Source: a virus (taxonomy: Duplodnaviria; Caudoviricetes). From it: a stretch of DNA of 37,606 nt. Below the pieces are notes generated by a model. That model was not told where the DNA came from. It saw nothing but the letters and a program-made list of their open reading frames with translations, and did no database searches. The stretch spans positions 1 to 37,606 of IMG/VR virus record IMGVR_UViG_3300030708_001737; one strand, given 5' to 3'. The position numbers were made by a program, and so were the translations under genes. Positions 7,324-16,222 of this stretch are shown in pieces. Positions within the stretch are counted from its first letter, which is position 1; each line of letters opens with the position of its first letter.

Positions 7324-8583
7324 ATGTTAGATTTCATTTTCAATAGGAGAGAATTTCTTAGGATAGGATCTATAGGGGCAGGAATGACATTGGCGGGACT
7401 TACTGACGAAGCTTTTGCCGCTAACGCCCAGAGCTACGGAGACAAATCGGTTGTATGGGTTTGGCTAGGAGGAGGCCCCACTCAGTTTGAGACTTTTCAC
7501 GCCCCAAAAGACACTGTTCCAAGTGAATGGAGAGCGGTAAACGGTGCAAGACATGATTCTAAAACGAACATCACGCTAGGAGAAGACTGGCACGAGTTGT
7601 CCAAGCATACTTCAAAGCTAAATGTTGTTAATTCCTTTAGTCATAAAGACTCGTCGCACAGACAGGGAACGCATTTTATGATGACTGGGCACTATAACCC
7701 AGAAAGAACCACAACCTCAACCGCCAAGTACCCATCCTTTGGCTCTATCGTGTCTGCTGTGTATGGAACTAACCATCCTCAAAACGGCGTACCTTCTTAT
7801 GTTAAACAGGGAAAGATAGAAGGCGACGAAGGGGCTTGGCTTGGAGGGGCATATAAACCCTTTGACCCGTCCAATAAGGATAATCTTAAACCAAGAATCG
7901 AGATTGATAGATTCAACACTAGAAAAGATCTATTGGGAGCACTTGGCTCAGCGTCAAAAAGTATTCAGGGGAAGAGTGCTGATTCAGTTGGTTTCTATAA
8001 GGGACAAGCCTATGACGTGATTCTTGGTTCCGCTAAAGACGCATTTGCTACAGATCAGGAATCAGAAACGACAAAAGCTTTGTATGGTTCTGAAAAGGCT
8101 AACGACATTGGCGAACAAATGATCCTAGCAAGAAGACTCGTAGAACATGGAACCAAGTTTATCACCCTGCACTATGGCGGTTGGGATATGCATAGCAATA
8201 TTTCCAAAGCTCTAAAAGGAAAAGTTGCACCCATCGACAAGGCGATTTCAGGTTTTCTGCAAGATATTTGGGATCGGGGTCTAAACGAAAAAGTACTACT
8301 TGTTGTGACTGGTGAATTCGGAAGAACTAAAATTAATGCAAACAGTGGTCGTGATCACTGGCCTTCCATTACACCGATGATGATGGCAGGAGGCGAGTAT
8401 CAGTCAGGGAGGACTATTGGGGCGGCTGACAGATCCTATAGTCCTATCGACAATCCAGTAGGACCACTGGATTTACAAGCAACCTTATTTGACCACTTTG
8501 GAATTGAGCGTGGTACTCAACGCACAGATATGTCTGGGCGGCCAAGATATTTACTTGAAGGAGAAGCGAAGGTTATATTATAA
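7324..8583 (+). CDS. DUF1501 family protein, Tat-exported (copy 1)
   Basis: NRREFL signal ending in AFA. LGGGPTQFETF, YPSFGS, LARRLVE.G, GWDMH, GEFGRT and GRDHWP motifs. Confidence 0.9.
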   Translation: MLDFIFNRREFLRIGSIGAGMTLAGLTDEAFAANAQSYGDKSVVWVWLGGGPTQFETFHAPKDTVPSEWRAVNGARHDSKTNITLGEDWHELSKHTSKLNVVNSFSHKDSSHRQGTHFMMTGHYNPERTTTSTAKYPSFGSIVSAVYGTNHPQNGVPSYVKQGKIEGDEGAWLGGAYKPFDPSNKDNLKPRIEIDRFNTRKDLLGALGSASKSIQGKSADSVGFYKGQAYDVILGSAKDAFATDQESETTKALYGSEKANDIGEQMILARRLVEHGTKFITLHYGGWDMHSNISKALKGKVAPIDKAISGFLQDIWDRGLNEKVLLVVTGEFGRTKINANSGRDHWPSITPMMMAGGEYQSGRTIGAADRSYSPIDNPVGPLDLQATLFDHFGIERGTQRTDMSGRPRYLLEGEAKVIL

Positions 8584-9839
8584 TGGACAGAAGATCTTTT
8601 TTACATACTGGAATCTTAGGAGCTTTTGGTACGTCTTTAGCTATGGCGGATCAAAAGCACTATGACAGCAAAGAGGGACCGGCAAAGAGCATTATATTTA
8701 TTTATCTACCGGGGGGAATGGCTCATCAGGAAACTTTCGATCCTAAACCATTTGCACCTCTTGAATATCGTGGTCCGCTGGGAAGTATAGAAACAGTAGC
8801 TCCGGGTATTCGGGTGGGAGAACTCTTAAAGAAAACCGCCAAGGTTACAGACAAGCTGACGATTATAAGAAGCCTAACTCACGGAGAAGCTGCTCATGAA
8901 CGTGGCACACACAATATGTTTACTGGCTATAGACCTAGCCCAGCCCTTCAATACCCATCAATGGGTTCAGTGGTTGCACATGAATTCGGCCCTCGCAAAA
9001 ATCTTCCTCCGTATGTCTGTATCCCAAACCAGCCTAACGAATTTGCAGGTACTGGATATTTAAGTAGCTCATATTCTGGGTTTGGTTTAGGGTCTGACCC
9101 CGCTAGTAACGACTTCCAAGTTAGAGATCTTAAGCTTCCAGTTCCGGACGAAAGGTTTGCAAGAAGGCAACGTGTACTTAATGTAGTAAATACCAACTTT
9201 AACAAAAAGCAGAACGCCGACTCTGTAAAGGCGATGAACTCTTTTTATGAGCGTGCATATAGTTTGATAGGAGATCAAAACGCAAAGGACGCTTTCGACA
9301 TAGAGAAAGAATCAGCACAGACAAGAGACAAGTATGGCAGAAATACTGCGGGTGCTAGAATGCTTCTTGCCCGAAGGCTGGTTGAATTTGGAACACGTTT
9401 TGTTACTCTTACCTACGGCGGATGGGACATGCATGATAACATAGCTAATGGCATGAATAGTCAGCTACCGGCTTTCGACCAAGGGTTTGCAAGTCTTATC
9501 GAAGATTTAGATCAGCGTGGTTTACTAGAATCAACTCTAGTCTGCGTTGTTTCTGAGTTTGGAAGAACCCCAAAGATCAACAATCGTGCAGGAAGAGACC
9601 ACTGGCCAAAAGTGTTTAGCACAGTGCTTGCTGGTGGTGGAATCAAGGGGGGAATGACATATGGAACCTCAAACGCCACCGCGAGCGAGCCAGACCAAAA
9701 TCCAGTCAACATAGAGGACTGGGCTGCTACCATCTACAATAGATTAGGAATAGTTGCCGATAAAGAACTAATGGCTCCGGGCGAAAGACCCATCGAGATC
9801 GTAGACGGCGGTAAAGTTTTAACAGACATTATTACATAA
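8583..9839 (+). CDS. DUF1501 family protein, Tat-exported (copy 2)
   Basis: DRRSFL signal ending in AMA. GGMAHQETFDPKP, IIRS, PSMGS, LLARRLVE, GWDMH, SEFGRTP and GRDHWP motifs. Confidence 0.92.
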   Translation: MDRRSFLHTGILGAFGTSLAMADQKHYDSKEGPAKSIIFIYLPGGMAHQETFDPKPFAPLEYRGPLGSIETVAPGIRVGELLKKTAKVTDKLTIIRSLTHGEAAHERGTHNMFTGYRPSPALQYPSMGSVVAHEFGPRKNLPPYVCIPNQPNEFAGTGYLSSSYSGFGLGSDPASNDFQVRDLKLPVPDERFARRQRVLNVVNTNFNKKQNADSVKAMNSFYERAYSLIGDQNAKDAFDIEKESAQTRDKYGRNTAGARMLLARRLVEFGTRFVTLTYGGWDMHDNIANGMNSQLPAFDQGFASLIEDLDQRGLLESTLVCVVSEFGRTPKINNRAGRDHWPKVFSTVLAGGGIKGGMTYGTSNATASEPDQNPVNIEDWAATIYNRLGIVADKELMAPGERPIEIVDGGKVLTDIIT

Positions 9840-9850
9840 GGAGAACTATT

Positions 9851-10045
9851 ATGAAATTTAAAATACCCTTTTTGGCGGTATTGATTGTAGGTGCAATTCT
9901 ATTTATCAATAAAGATGAAGTAAAAAATATGTTTACAAAGGAGAATCCTGTGATTTGTGATATTTGCGAAAACGAATGCCCATGTGTAGAAGAGACTTGT
10001 ATTTGCAAAACCGAGATATGCAAATGTCCTAACTGCATTAGTTAG
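9851..10045 (+). CDS. small membrane-anchored or secreted Cys-rich (metallothionein-like) protein
   Basis: Hydrophobic N-terminus, then 9 Cys in the last ~30 aa (CxxC, CxC). AGGAG RBS. Confidence 0.75.
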   Translation: MKFKIPFLAVLIVGAILFINKDEVKNMFTKENPVICDICENECPCVEETCICKTEICKCPNCIS

Positions 10046-10061
10046 CTAAGGAGTTGATATA

Positions 10062-10439
10062 ATGAAATACTTAGTATTAATACTATGTTTGTTGTTTATT
10101 CCTTTGTCAGCCGAGGCACAACAGCCTGAACGCAAGGTTATCAAGCCTCCGGTTGTAAAGAGCGTTCCTAGAGATTTTACGAGACCACAACCACAGAGAC
10201 CCTCTGGTTTTGGCAAACAGGAATGGCAAAGACCTCAACAGCCTCAAGTTAGGCCTAGCCATAACTACAGACACGGAAGCATAATAATCGGTAGACCGTA
10301 TGTTTACCCATATCAGTACAGGGTGTATCCACCAACGATTCACCATTACTACTATGGTCCTCCGGTAATTGTTCAGCCACAACCTGTTCCTGTTTACCCG
10401 TCTCCGTTTAGCGGACTATTTTTTCACTTTAGGTTTTAA
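10062..10439 (+). CDS. secreted Pro/Gln/Tyr-rich low-complexity protein
   Basis: Sec signal peptide ending in AEA, PY-rich body, C-terminal GLFFHFRF. AGGAG RBS. Confidence 0.75.
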   Translation: MKYLVLILCLLFIPLSAEAQQPERKVIKPPVVKSVPRDFTRPQPQRPSGFGKQEWQRPQQPQVRPSHNYRHGSIIIGRPYVYPYQYRVYPPTIHHYYYGPPVIVQPQPVPVYPSPFSGLFFHFRF

Positions 10440-10440
10440 T

Positions 10441-11652
10441 ATGAAAAGAAGAGAATTTCTATCGTCATTAGCTGGAGTCGCAGCACTCACCAATACGTTA
10501 AAAGCTAATGAGCAACAGCTAAAGAAAAATGGTAAATCGGCCATTCTCTTATGGATGGGAGGTGGCCCTTCTACTATGGATATTTGGGACTTGAAGCCAA
10601 ACACGCCAACGGGCGGCCCATTCAAACCAATCGCAACTAGTGGCGATGTGCAGATAAGCGAACATATGCCGTTAATGGCAAAGCAGATGCACAACATGGC
10701 TATCGTCCGTAGCATGAGCACCCGTGAAGCAGACCATATGCGTGGCAGGTATTATATGCACACAGGTTATGTTCCAAGCCAAAGCATGGTTCATCCAAGC
10801 TACGGCTCTGTTATCTCTAAGCAGCTAGACAGGGGCCTTATGATTCCACAGTTCATCTCTGTAAATGGCGGGAGCATGGGGGCTGGGTTCTTGGGGGCAG
10901 AGTTTGCACCTTTAATTCTAAATAGTGATGGCAACATCAGAAACCTCAATATGAAAATAGATGAAAGATTTTATCAAAGAGCACAAGTTCTTGATATGAT
11001 AGAAACTAATTTTATCAATAGCAACAGAGGAAGTATGGCAAAGGAGCATCAAAAAGTACTTAGAAAAACTTTTAATGTTCTAACTAGTACAGAGATGGAC
11101 GCAACAAAAGTAGCCAAGGAACCCGAATCTGTGAGAGAGAGATATGGAGACAATAGCTTTGGCAAGGGATGTCTAATGGCTAGAAGATTAGTGGAAGTTG
11201 GCGTGCCTTTTGTCGAGGTGGGCTTAGGAGGATGGGACAACCATCAAAATATCTTCCCAACATTAAGAGACGAAAAGCTACCCATGCTCGATCAGGGTAT
11301 GAGTGCTTTGGTAGAGGACTTAGAGCAGAGAGGACTACTAGAGGATACGGCTATCATATGGATGGGCGAATTTAGTAGAACCCCACGTATCAACCAAAAC
11401 GCTGGTCGTGACCACTGGGCACGAAGCTGGAGTGTGGTTGTAGGCGGTGCCGGTATGAAGGGCGGCATAGCCGTTGGTGCTACAAATGAAGATGGTACTA
11501 GAGTAGAAACAGAACCATATTCCTCCCAAGATGTCATGGCTTCGGTATGCAAAGCACTTGGCATTTCGCTACAAACCACTTACACGAGTAATAGTGGGCG
11601 ACCTATGAAAATAGCTAATTCAGGAAAAGTGATTACTGAACTATTTTCTTAA
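10441..11652 (+). CDS. DUF1501 family protein, Tat-exported (copy 3)
   Basis: ATG 10441 gives MKRREFL. WMGGGPSTMDIWDLKP, IVRSM, HPSYGS, CLMARRLVEVGV, GWDNH, GEFSRTP and GRDHW motifs. Confidence 0.92.
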   Translation: MKRREFLSSLAGVAALTNTLKANEQQLKKNGKSAILLWMGGGPSTMDIWDLKPNTPTGGPFKPIATSGDVQISEHMPLMAKQMHNMAIVRSMSTREADHMRGRYYMHTGYVPSQSMVHPSYGSVISKQLDRGLMIPQFISVNGGSMGAGFLGAEFAPLILNSDGNIRNLNMKIDERFYQRAQVLDMIETNFINSNRGSMAKEHQKVLRKTFNVLTSTEMDATKVAKEPESVRERYGDNSFGKGCLMARRLVEVGVPFVEVGLGGWDNHQNIFPTLRDEKLPMLDQGMSALVEDLEQRGLLEDTAIIWMGEFSRTPRINQNAGRDHWARSWSVVVGGAGMKGGIAVGATNEDGTRVETEPYSSQDVMASVCKALGISLQTTYTSNSGRPMKIANSGKVITELFS

Positions 11653-11662
11653 GGGTGTAAAA

Positions 11663-11953
11663 ATGAAATTTTTTAAGTGTAGTGTGTATGTATTATTTAC
11701 ATTAAGTATAGCGAACCTAGCATTTAGTGCGTATACATATAGAGACCTCAGACAACCAAAGATTTTACATAATTCCGATCCAGCAATAGCTGAGTTTTCA
11801 AGACAAGCGATGATGAGAGAAACCCAAATACTTCAAGGTATACTAATGATACATCACGACAGAGAGATGCATCCTTCTGGAACCCAAGTTTTGTGTCCTC
11901 TGTGCGATCAAGAGAAACAACTAAAGTCAATTATAGTACAAAAGGAGAACTAA
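11663..11953 (+). CDS. membrane-anchored hypothetical protein with a CxxC
   Basis: N-terminal TM segment; HH...H...CPLC near the C-terminus. Confidence 0.7.
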   Translation: MKFFKCSVYVLFTLSIANLAFSAYTYRDLRQPKILHNSDPAIAEFSRQAMMRETQILQGILMIHHDREMHPSGTQVLCPLCDQEKQLKSIIVQKEN

Positions 11954-11954
11954 G

Positions 11955-13163
11955 ATGCCACTTCCAGAACGGCGAGACGATGAGTCACGAGAGAATTATA
12001 TGTCTCGATGTATGTCAGACAGCAAAACAAATAAAGAGTTCCCAGACCAAAAACAAAGAACTGCTGTCTGCATGTCTAGGGCTATGGATGGCCTATCCGG
12101 AATGGCGGCTGCCGACTTCAAGTATAATTTAGAAGAACTGGGCTATACAGAGGAGCTTACGGAAGATAATTTTTATGTGCCAGCACAAGCTGAGTACGTC
12201 GATTTCAAAGAACAGACAGAAGAGTGGGATGTTTCTGTGGCTAAGCCCGGTCTCTGGGAAAACATAAGAAAGAAGAAAGAAAGAGAAGGGGACGACTATA
12301 GACCTGCCCGCACTGAAAAAGAGGGAAGACCCAGCCAAGAAGAGCTAAAGAAAGCACAGGGACCCAAAAAGCAGAAGAAGGTTGGACCGCCCTCATACGC
12401 TGAAGAGGCACAGGCAGACAAGCCGCCAAAGGGAGATCCAAGAAGAACTCCGGCACCTAAGAAAGATCAAAAGAGAGGATCTAAAAAGAACAAGCCTGAC
12501 AGTGCAAAGAATCCTAGCGGCAAAATTACTTTTAGCAAGGAGACTACTGCGAAGCTGTCCAAGAAGGTAAAAGAACATAACGCTAAAGGCAAGGGATCAA
12601 AAGCAACTCTCGGTATGTTAAAGGCGGTGTACCGCAGAGGAGCCGGAGCTTATTCAACTAGCCATGCACCAAAGATGTCCAGAGACGGATGGGCTATGGC
12701 TAGAGTAAATGCCTTCCTCACACTACTTAGAACCGGCAAACCTTCAAACTCAGCGTATACACAAGACAACGACCTTTTACCAAAAGGGCACCCAAAGAAG
12801 TCAAAGGCAGAGGCGGCCTACAAGTATATGAACCCTAAGACTGGAGAAATGTTTACATTCAACAGAAAGGGAGATCATAAAAAGGACGGAGTTTTGCTTC
12901 TATACAAAGGAAAGTCCGCTGAATATCAAGGCAGAAAAGTCACGCTTAACAAACCCTTTAGAACTCCTGATGGGCCAAAGAAGTTTGCCGTGTATACCAA
13001 GAACGGATCTGGAAAGGTTGTGATAGTTAGATTTGGTGATCCAAACATGGAGATCAAAAAAGACAACCCACAGAGAAGGAAAAGCTTTAGAGCTAGGCAC
13101 AAGTGTGATACCGCACCGGGCCCTAAGTGGAAGGCCAGATACTGGTCTTGCAGAATGTGGTAA
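11955..13163 (+). CDS. modular basic protein (DUF5824-like and DUF6321-like modules), possible capsid-internal protein
   Basis: Modules: MPLP..E....MSRCM; GLWENIRKK; LKAVYRRGAGAY..SH..WAMARVNAFL; YQGRKVTLNKP...FGDPNM..RKSFRARHKC..ARYWSC. Confidence 0.65.
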   Translation: MPLPERRDDESRENYMSRCMSDSKTNKEFPDQKQRTAVCMSRAMDGLSGMAAADFKYNLEELGYTEELTEDNFYVPAQAEYVDFKEQTEEWDVSVAKPGLWENIRKKKEREGDDYRPARTEKEGRPSQEELKKAQGPKKQKKVGPPSYAEEAQADKPPKGDPRRTPAPKKDQKRGSKKNKPDSAKNPSGKITFSKETTAKLSKKVKEHNAKGKGSKATLGMLKAVYRRGAGAYSTSHAPKMSRDGWAMARVNAFLTLLRTGKPSNSAYTQDNDLLPKGHPKKSKAEAAYKYMNPKTGEMFTFNRKGDHKKDGVLLLYKGKSAEYQGRKVTLNKPFRTPDGPKKFAVYTKNGSGKVVIVRFGDPNMEIKKDNPQRRKSFRARHKCDTAPGPKWKARYWSCRMW

Positions 13164-13260
13164 TATAGTGTGCAAAGCTCTTGCATGTGAGCTACTATAC
13201 TATAGACAGTTTTTTTCACACACCGTTTTTCTGATATAAAAAAAACGGACTATATAAAAT

Positions 13261-14331
13261 TTGGAGAATAAATTGATAAACCTTACTGCACCTATAAATA
13301 ACTTGGGATATGGGGTAGCTGGATATAATATATTTAAACATTTATATAAAGATCATCCATCCGCTGCCCTGTATCCCATTTCCACACCAGAATTTATTGA
13401 CGAGACGATCAGTGCTGGGCTCAAGAACAGAGGAACCTTAAAGGGGTCGCCGTCTGTTAAGATATGGCATCAAAACGATGTTCATTCACACATAGGAAAC
13501 GGACAGCATATTGGTTTCCCTATCTTTGAGCTAACTGAGTTCAATGACGAAGAAAAGCTTAGCATGAAGCACTGTGATAAGCTCTTTGTTTGCTCGGAAT
13601 GGGCTAAAGATGTTTTATACAATCAGCAGGGCTGGACTTCTCCTCCGGTACATGTTGTGCCACTAGGCGTAGATACCGACCTCTTTTGTCCGCACAAATC
13701 AAATAGACCGCAGACTATATTCTTTAATTGTGGTAAGTGGGAAAAACGCAAGGGTCATGATATATTACTAGAGTGTTTTAACTCCGCCTTTGAAGATAGG
13801 GACAATGTGGAGCTTTGGATGATGTGTGAAAATCCGTTCATTGGGCAGTCTAATGAGGGTTGGGCAAACCTTTACAAGTCTTCAAAACTAGGAGACAAAA
13901 TAAGACTAATTCCCAGACAAAAAACTCATAAAGATGTGTATAACATTATGCGACAGACTGATTGCGGTGTCTTTCCCGCAAGAGCTGAAGGCTGGAATCT
14001 AGAGCTTCTAGAAATGATGGCCTGCGGCAAAAGCGTAATAACTACAAACTACTCGGCTCATACAGAATTCTGCAACGTTGACAACTCTTTATTAGTTGAG
14101 CCCGAGGGTTTAGAGAAAGCTTCTGACGGAGTTTTCTTTTCTGGAGAATATGGTATGTGGGCTAATTTAGATGGTTCAAGAACTAAAGAACAGCTAGTCG
14201 TTCACATGAGATCCATACACAAAAAGAAGATGGCAGGGAGCCTTGAGATTAACCAAGCAGGGATAGATACCGCAAACACATTCACTTGGAAAAACTCAAC
14301 CCAAAGGCTTATACATGGAATCGAACTTTAA
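13261..14331 (+). CDS. GT-B (GT4-family) glycosyltransferase
   Basis: VVPLGVD, GKWEKRKG and FPARAEGWNLELLEMMACGKSVI (EX7E) motifs. TTG start, uncertain. Confidence 0.9.
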   Translation: MENKLINLTAPINNLGYGVAGYNIFKHLYKDHPSAALYPISTPEFIDETISAGLKNRGTLKGSPSVKIWHQNDVHSHIGNGQHIGFPIFELTEFNDEEKLSMKHCDKLFVCSEWAKDVLYNQQGWTSPPVHVVPLGVDTDLFCPHKSNRPQTIFFNCGKWEKRKGHDILLECFNSAFEDRDNVELWMMCENPFIGQSNEGWANLYKSSKLGDKIRLIPRQKTHKDVYNIMRQTDCGVFPARAEGWNLELLEMMACGKSVITTNYSAHTEFCNVDNSLLVEPEGLEKASDGVFFSGEYGMWANLDGSRTKEQLVVHMRSIHKKKMAGSLEINQAGIDTANTFTWKNSTQRLIHGIEL

Positions 14332-15238
14332 AACACCAAGAAAAACCTTAGAGTATTACAGGTCTGGTTTTGTCGGATCAATATGCGACAAAGAAGATGT
14401 CAGAAAGCTAATGAAAGAACTGCCAATGCCAGTATTTGGTGCTGCGGCATACGAGCTTTCTAATTCTGGAAAAGGCAAGCTGAGTCTACCATTCAAAGCG
14501 TTAATAAAATTTGATCCGGGTTTTGGCCCTTCTGAACGACAAACAACAGGGGACTGTGTTTCTCACTCTACTAGAAACGCTATTGACATTACTAGAGCCG
14601 TAGAGATTGTAAATGGAGAGAGGGAGGATTTTCTGGCTCGTGGAGCCACTGAGGGCATTTATCAGTCTAGGAGCCATAGTGGACAAGGAATGACTTGTAG
14701 CGGTGCTGCTAGGTATGTACATCAAACGGGCGGCATACTGATAAGAAAAGATTACGGTGACATTGATTTATCAACATACAATTCTTCACTAGGTGCAAAA
14801 AAGAGAATACCTAAAGATGTCTACATTACAGAAGCTAAAAAACATCAAGTTAGAACGATATCTAACGTCAGAACGGTGGAAGAAGCTAGAGACGCCCTTG
14901 CTAATGGCTATGCTCTTAGCGTATGTAGCGGGTATGGCTTCAGTTCTCGTAGGGATGCTAACGGCATCGCCAAACGTTCTGGCGGCTGGAGTCATGCTAT
15001 GGCTTGGATCGCTTGCGATGATACTCGTGAAACTATAAACGAGACATTATTCTTAGTTCAAAATAGTTGGGGCGTATGGAATAGTGGTCCTAAGCGTCAT
15101 GAGCAACCCGATGGTAGCTTTTGGATACGCGAGAAAGACGCTAGAGGTATGCTTTCCGGAGGAGGTGCTTGGGTATTTAGCGATGTGGAAGGTTTCCCCG
15201 CTAGAGAAATAGACTGGACAATAGATGAGGTTTTCTAA
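14315..15238 (+). CDS. papain-like (C1A-type) cysteine peptidase
   Basis: Oxyanion Gln and catalytic Cys in RQTTGDCVSH, His in WSHAM, Asn in QNSWG. Confidence 0.85.
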   Translation: MESNFKTPRKTLEYYRSGFVGSICDKEDVRKLMKELPMPVFGAAAYELSNSGKGKLSLPFKALIKFDPGFGPSERQTTGDCVSHSTRNAIDITRAVEIVNGEREDFLARGATEGIYQSRSHSGQGMTCSGAARYVHQTGGILIRKDYGDIDLSTYNSSLGAKKRIPKDVYITEAKKHQVRTISNVRTVEEARDALANGYALSVCSGYGFSSRRDANGIAKRSGGWSHAMAWIACDDTRETINETLFLVQNSWGVWNSGPKRHEQPDGSFWIREKDARGMLSGGGAWVFSDVEGFPAREIDWTIDEVF

Positions 15239-15675
15239 TGAATTTCAAAACGAGGTTAGTTATAGGGACTGTTGCGGTAGCGGTCTTTATTTATCTGAAT
15301 ATTAGTGGAAAAAATACAGAAAAGGCCTTGACAAATGATGAGTTGCAGGTTATAATAACTACAGTCAATCACGCATTTGACGAAGCAGAGCAGACAGTTT
15401 TCAACAAGGAGCCTGACGATAAGCCTGTTGGCCCAGATCCAGATCCTGAAAAATGTATTTGCAAAGGCACTGGAAAGATTGTGCAAGGCGATGGACATGT
15501 ATCAGACTGTCCTTACCACAAAAAAGAACCGGCACCAAATAAAACAACATGCAAATGCGATACATCAAAAACATATTGCAACTGCATACCAACATACGGT
15601 AAGTGTTCCTGTACCAAAACTAGCACATCTAACACCAGAACAAGAAGTATCCTTCCCTTGTTTAAGGGGTTGTGA
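15238..15675 (+). CDS. membrane-anchored Cys-rich hypothetical protein
   Basis: N-terminal TM segment, CICKGTG...GDGH..DCPYH, then three further CxC motifs. Confidence 0.75.
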   Translation: MNFKTRLVIGTVAVAVFIYLNISGKNTEKALTNDELQVIITTVNHAFDEAEQTVFNKEPDDKPVGPDPDPEKCICKGTGKIVQGDGHVSDCPYHKKEPAPNKTTCKCDTSKTYCNCIPTYGKCSCTKTSTSNTRTRSILPLFKGL

Positions 15676-15731
15676 CAATAATTTTTCGTTTGAACAGTTG
15701 TTCATTTTTATTTTTTTAAAAGGAGACTATA

Positions 15732-15908
15732 ATGTCTAAAGTAAAATCTTTACTCAAATCCCGTAGATTCTGGGTTTCTGCCGTAGGTCTTGTATCTGTG
15801 GTAGCGTCCGAGACTCTTGGAATTGAGCTAAACCAAGAGCAGATCATTGGTGTCGTTACTATCGTGGTAGCGTGGGTGATCGGTGACACCGTAAGAGAAA
15901 CCTCGTAA
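15732..15908 (+). CDS. holin-like two-TM protein (58 aa), not in the ORF track
   Basis: AAGGAG RBS. MSKVKSLLKSRRFWVSAVGLVSVVASETLGIELNQEQIIGVVTIVVAWVIGDTVRETS*. The KSR(R/K)FW motif is typical of small holins. Confidence 0.75.
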   Translation: MSKVKSLLKSRRFWVSAVGLVSVVASETLGIELNQEQIIGVVTIVVAWVIGDTVRETS

Positions 15909-15917
15909 GGATTAAAA

Positions 15918-16214
15918 ATGGAAATCTTATCAAATATCAGTGCGGTTCAGTGGGTATTTATCGCTATTGGTGCGGCAATTGCACTGCCTCCCGCCCTCTC
16001 CTCGTTGAGAGGGTTTTGGCCACAAGTCTCCAGCGTTGTAAAGCCGGAGGCCCGTAGCAATGAACTCACTGATTTGGTACGAAAGTGGGAAGATTTGTCA
16101 GACGCTTGTCAGTCAGCAGGACTGAACAAAGCGTGTCAGACACTTGACAGCGTTTTTCCTCTCTTGCTTCAAGCTAGGGAAGACGCTACTCAGGTGGAAC
16201 CCGAAACTACTTAG
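15918..16214 (+). CDS. single-TM hypothetical protein
   Basis: Hydrophobic N-terminus. AAGGA RBS. Confidence 0.75.
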   Translation: MEILSNISAVQWVFIAIGAAIALPPALSSLRGFWPQVSSVVKPEARSNELTDLVRKWEDLSDACQSAGLNKACQTLDSVFPLLLQAREDATQVEPETT

Positions 16215-16222
16215 GAGTTACA

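Noticed and set aside
10369-10440. Upstream extensions in the ORF track (654, 5849, 6600, 10369, 31699, 33002 starts)
   Set aside because: They overlap upstream genes or promoters. Downstream ATGs give better RBS or coupling and restore N-terminal signals such as the Tat motif at 10441.
7324-11652. DUF1501 block as host contamination or a mobile element
   Set aside because: No transposase, integrase or terminal repeats. Base composition, RBS style, strand and gene packing look like the flanking phage genes by eye; read-level confirmation is still advisable.
15377-15739. 120-aa alternative-frame + strand ORF
   Set aside because: It mostly overlaps the coupled 15238-15675 gene and has no RBS or motif.
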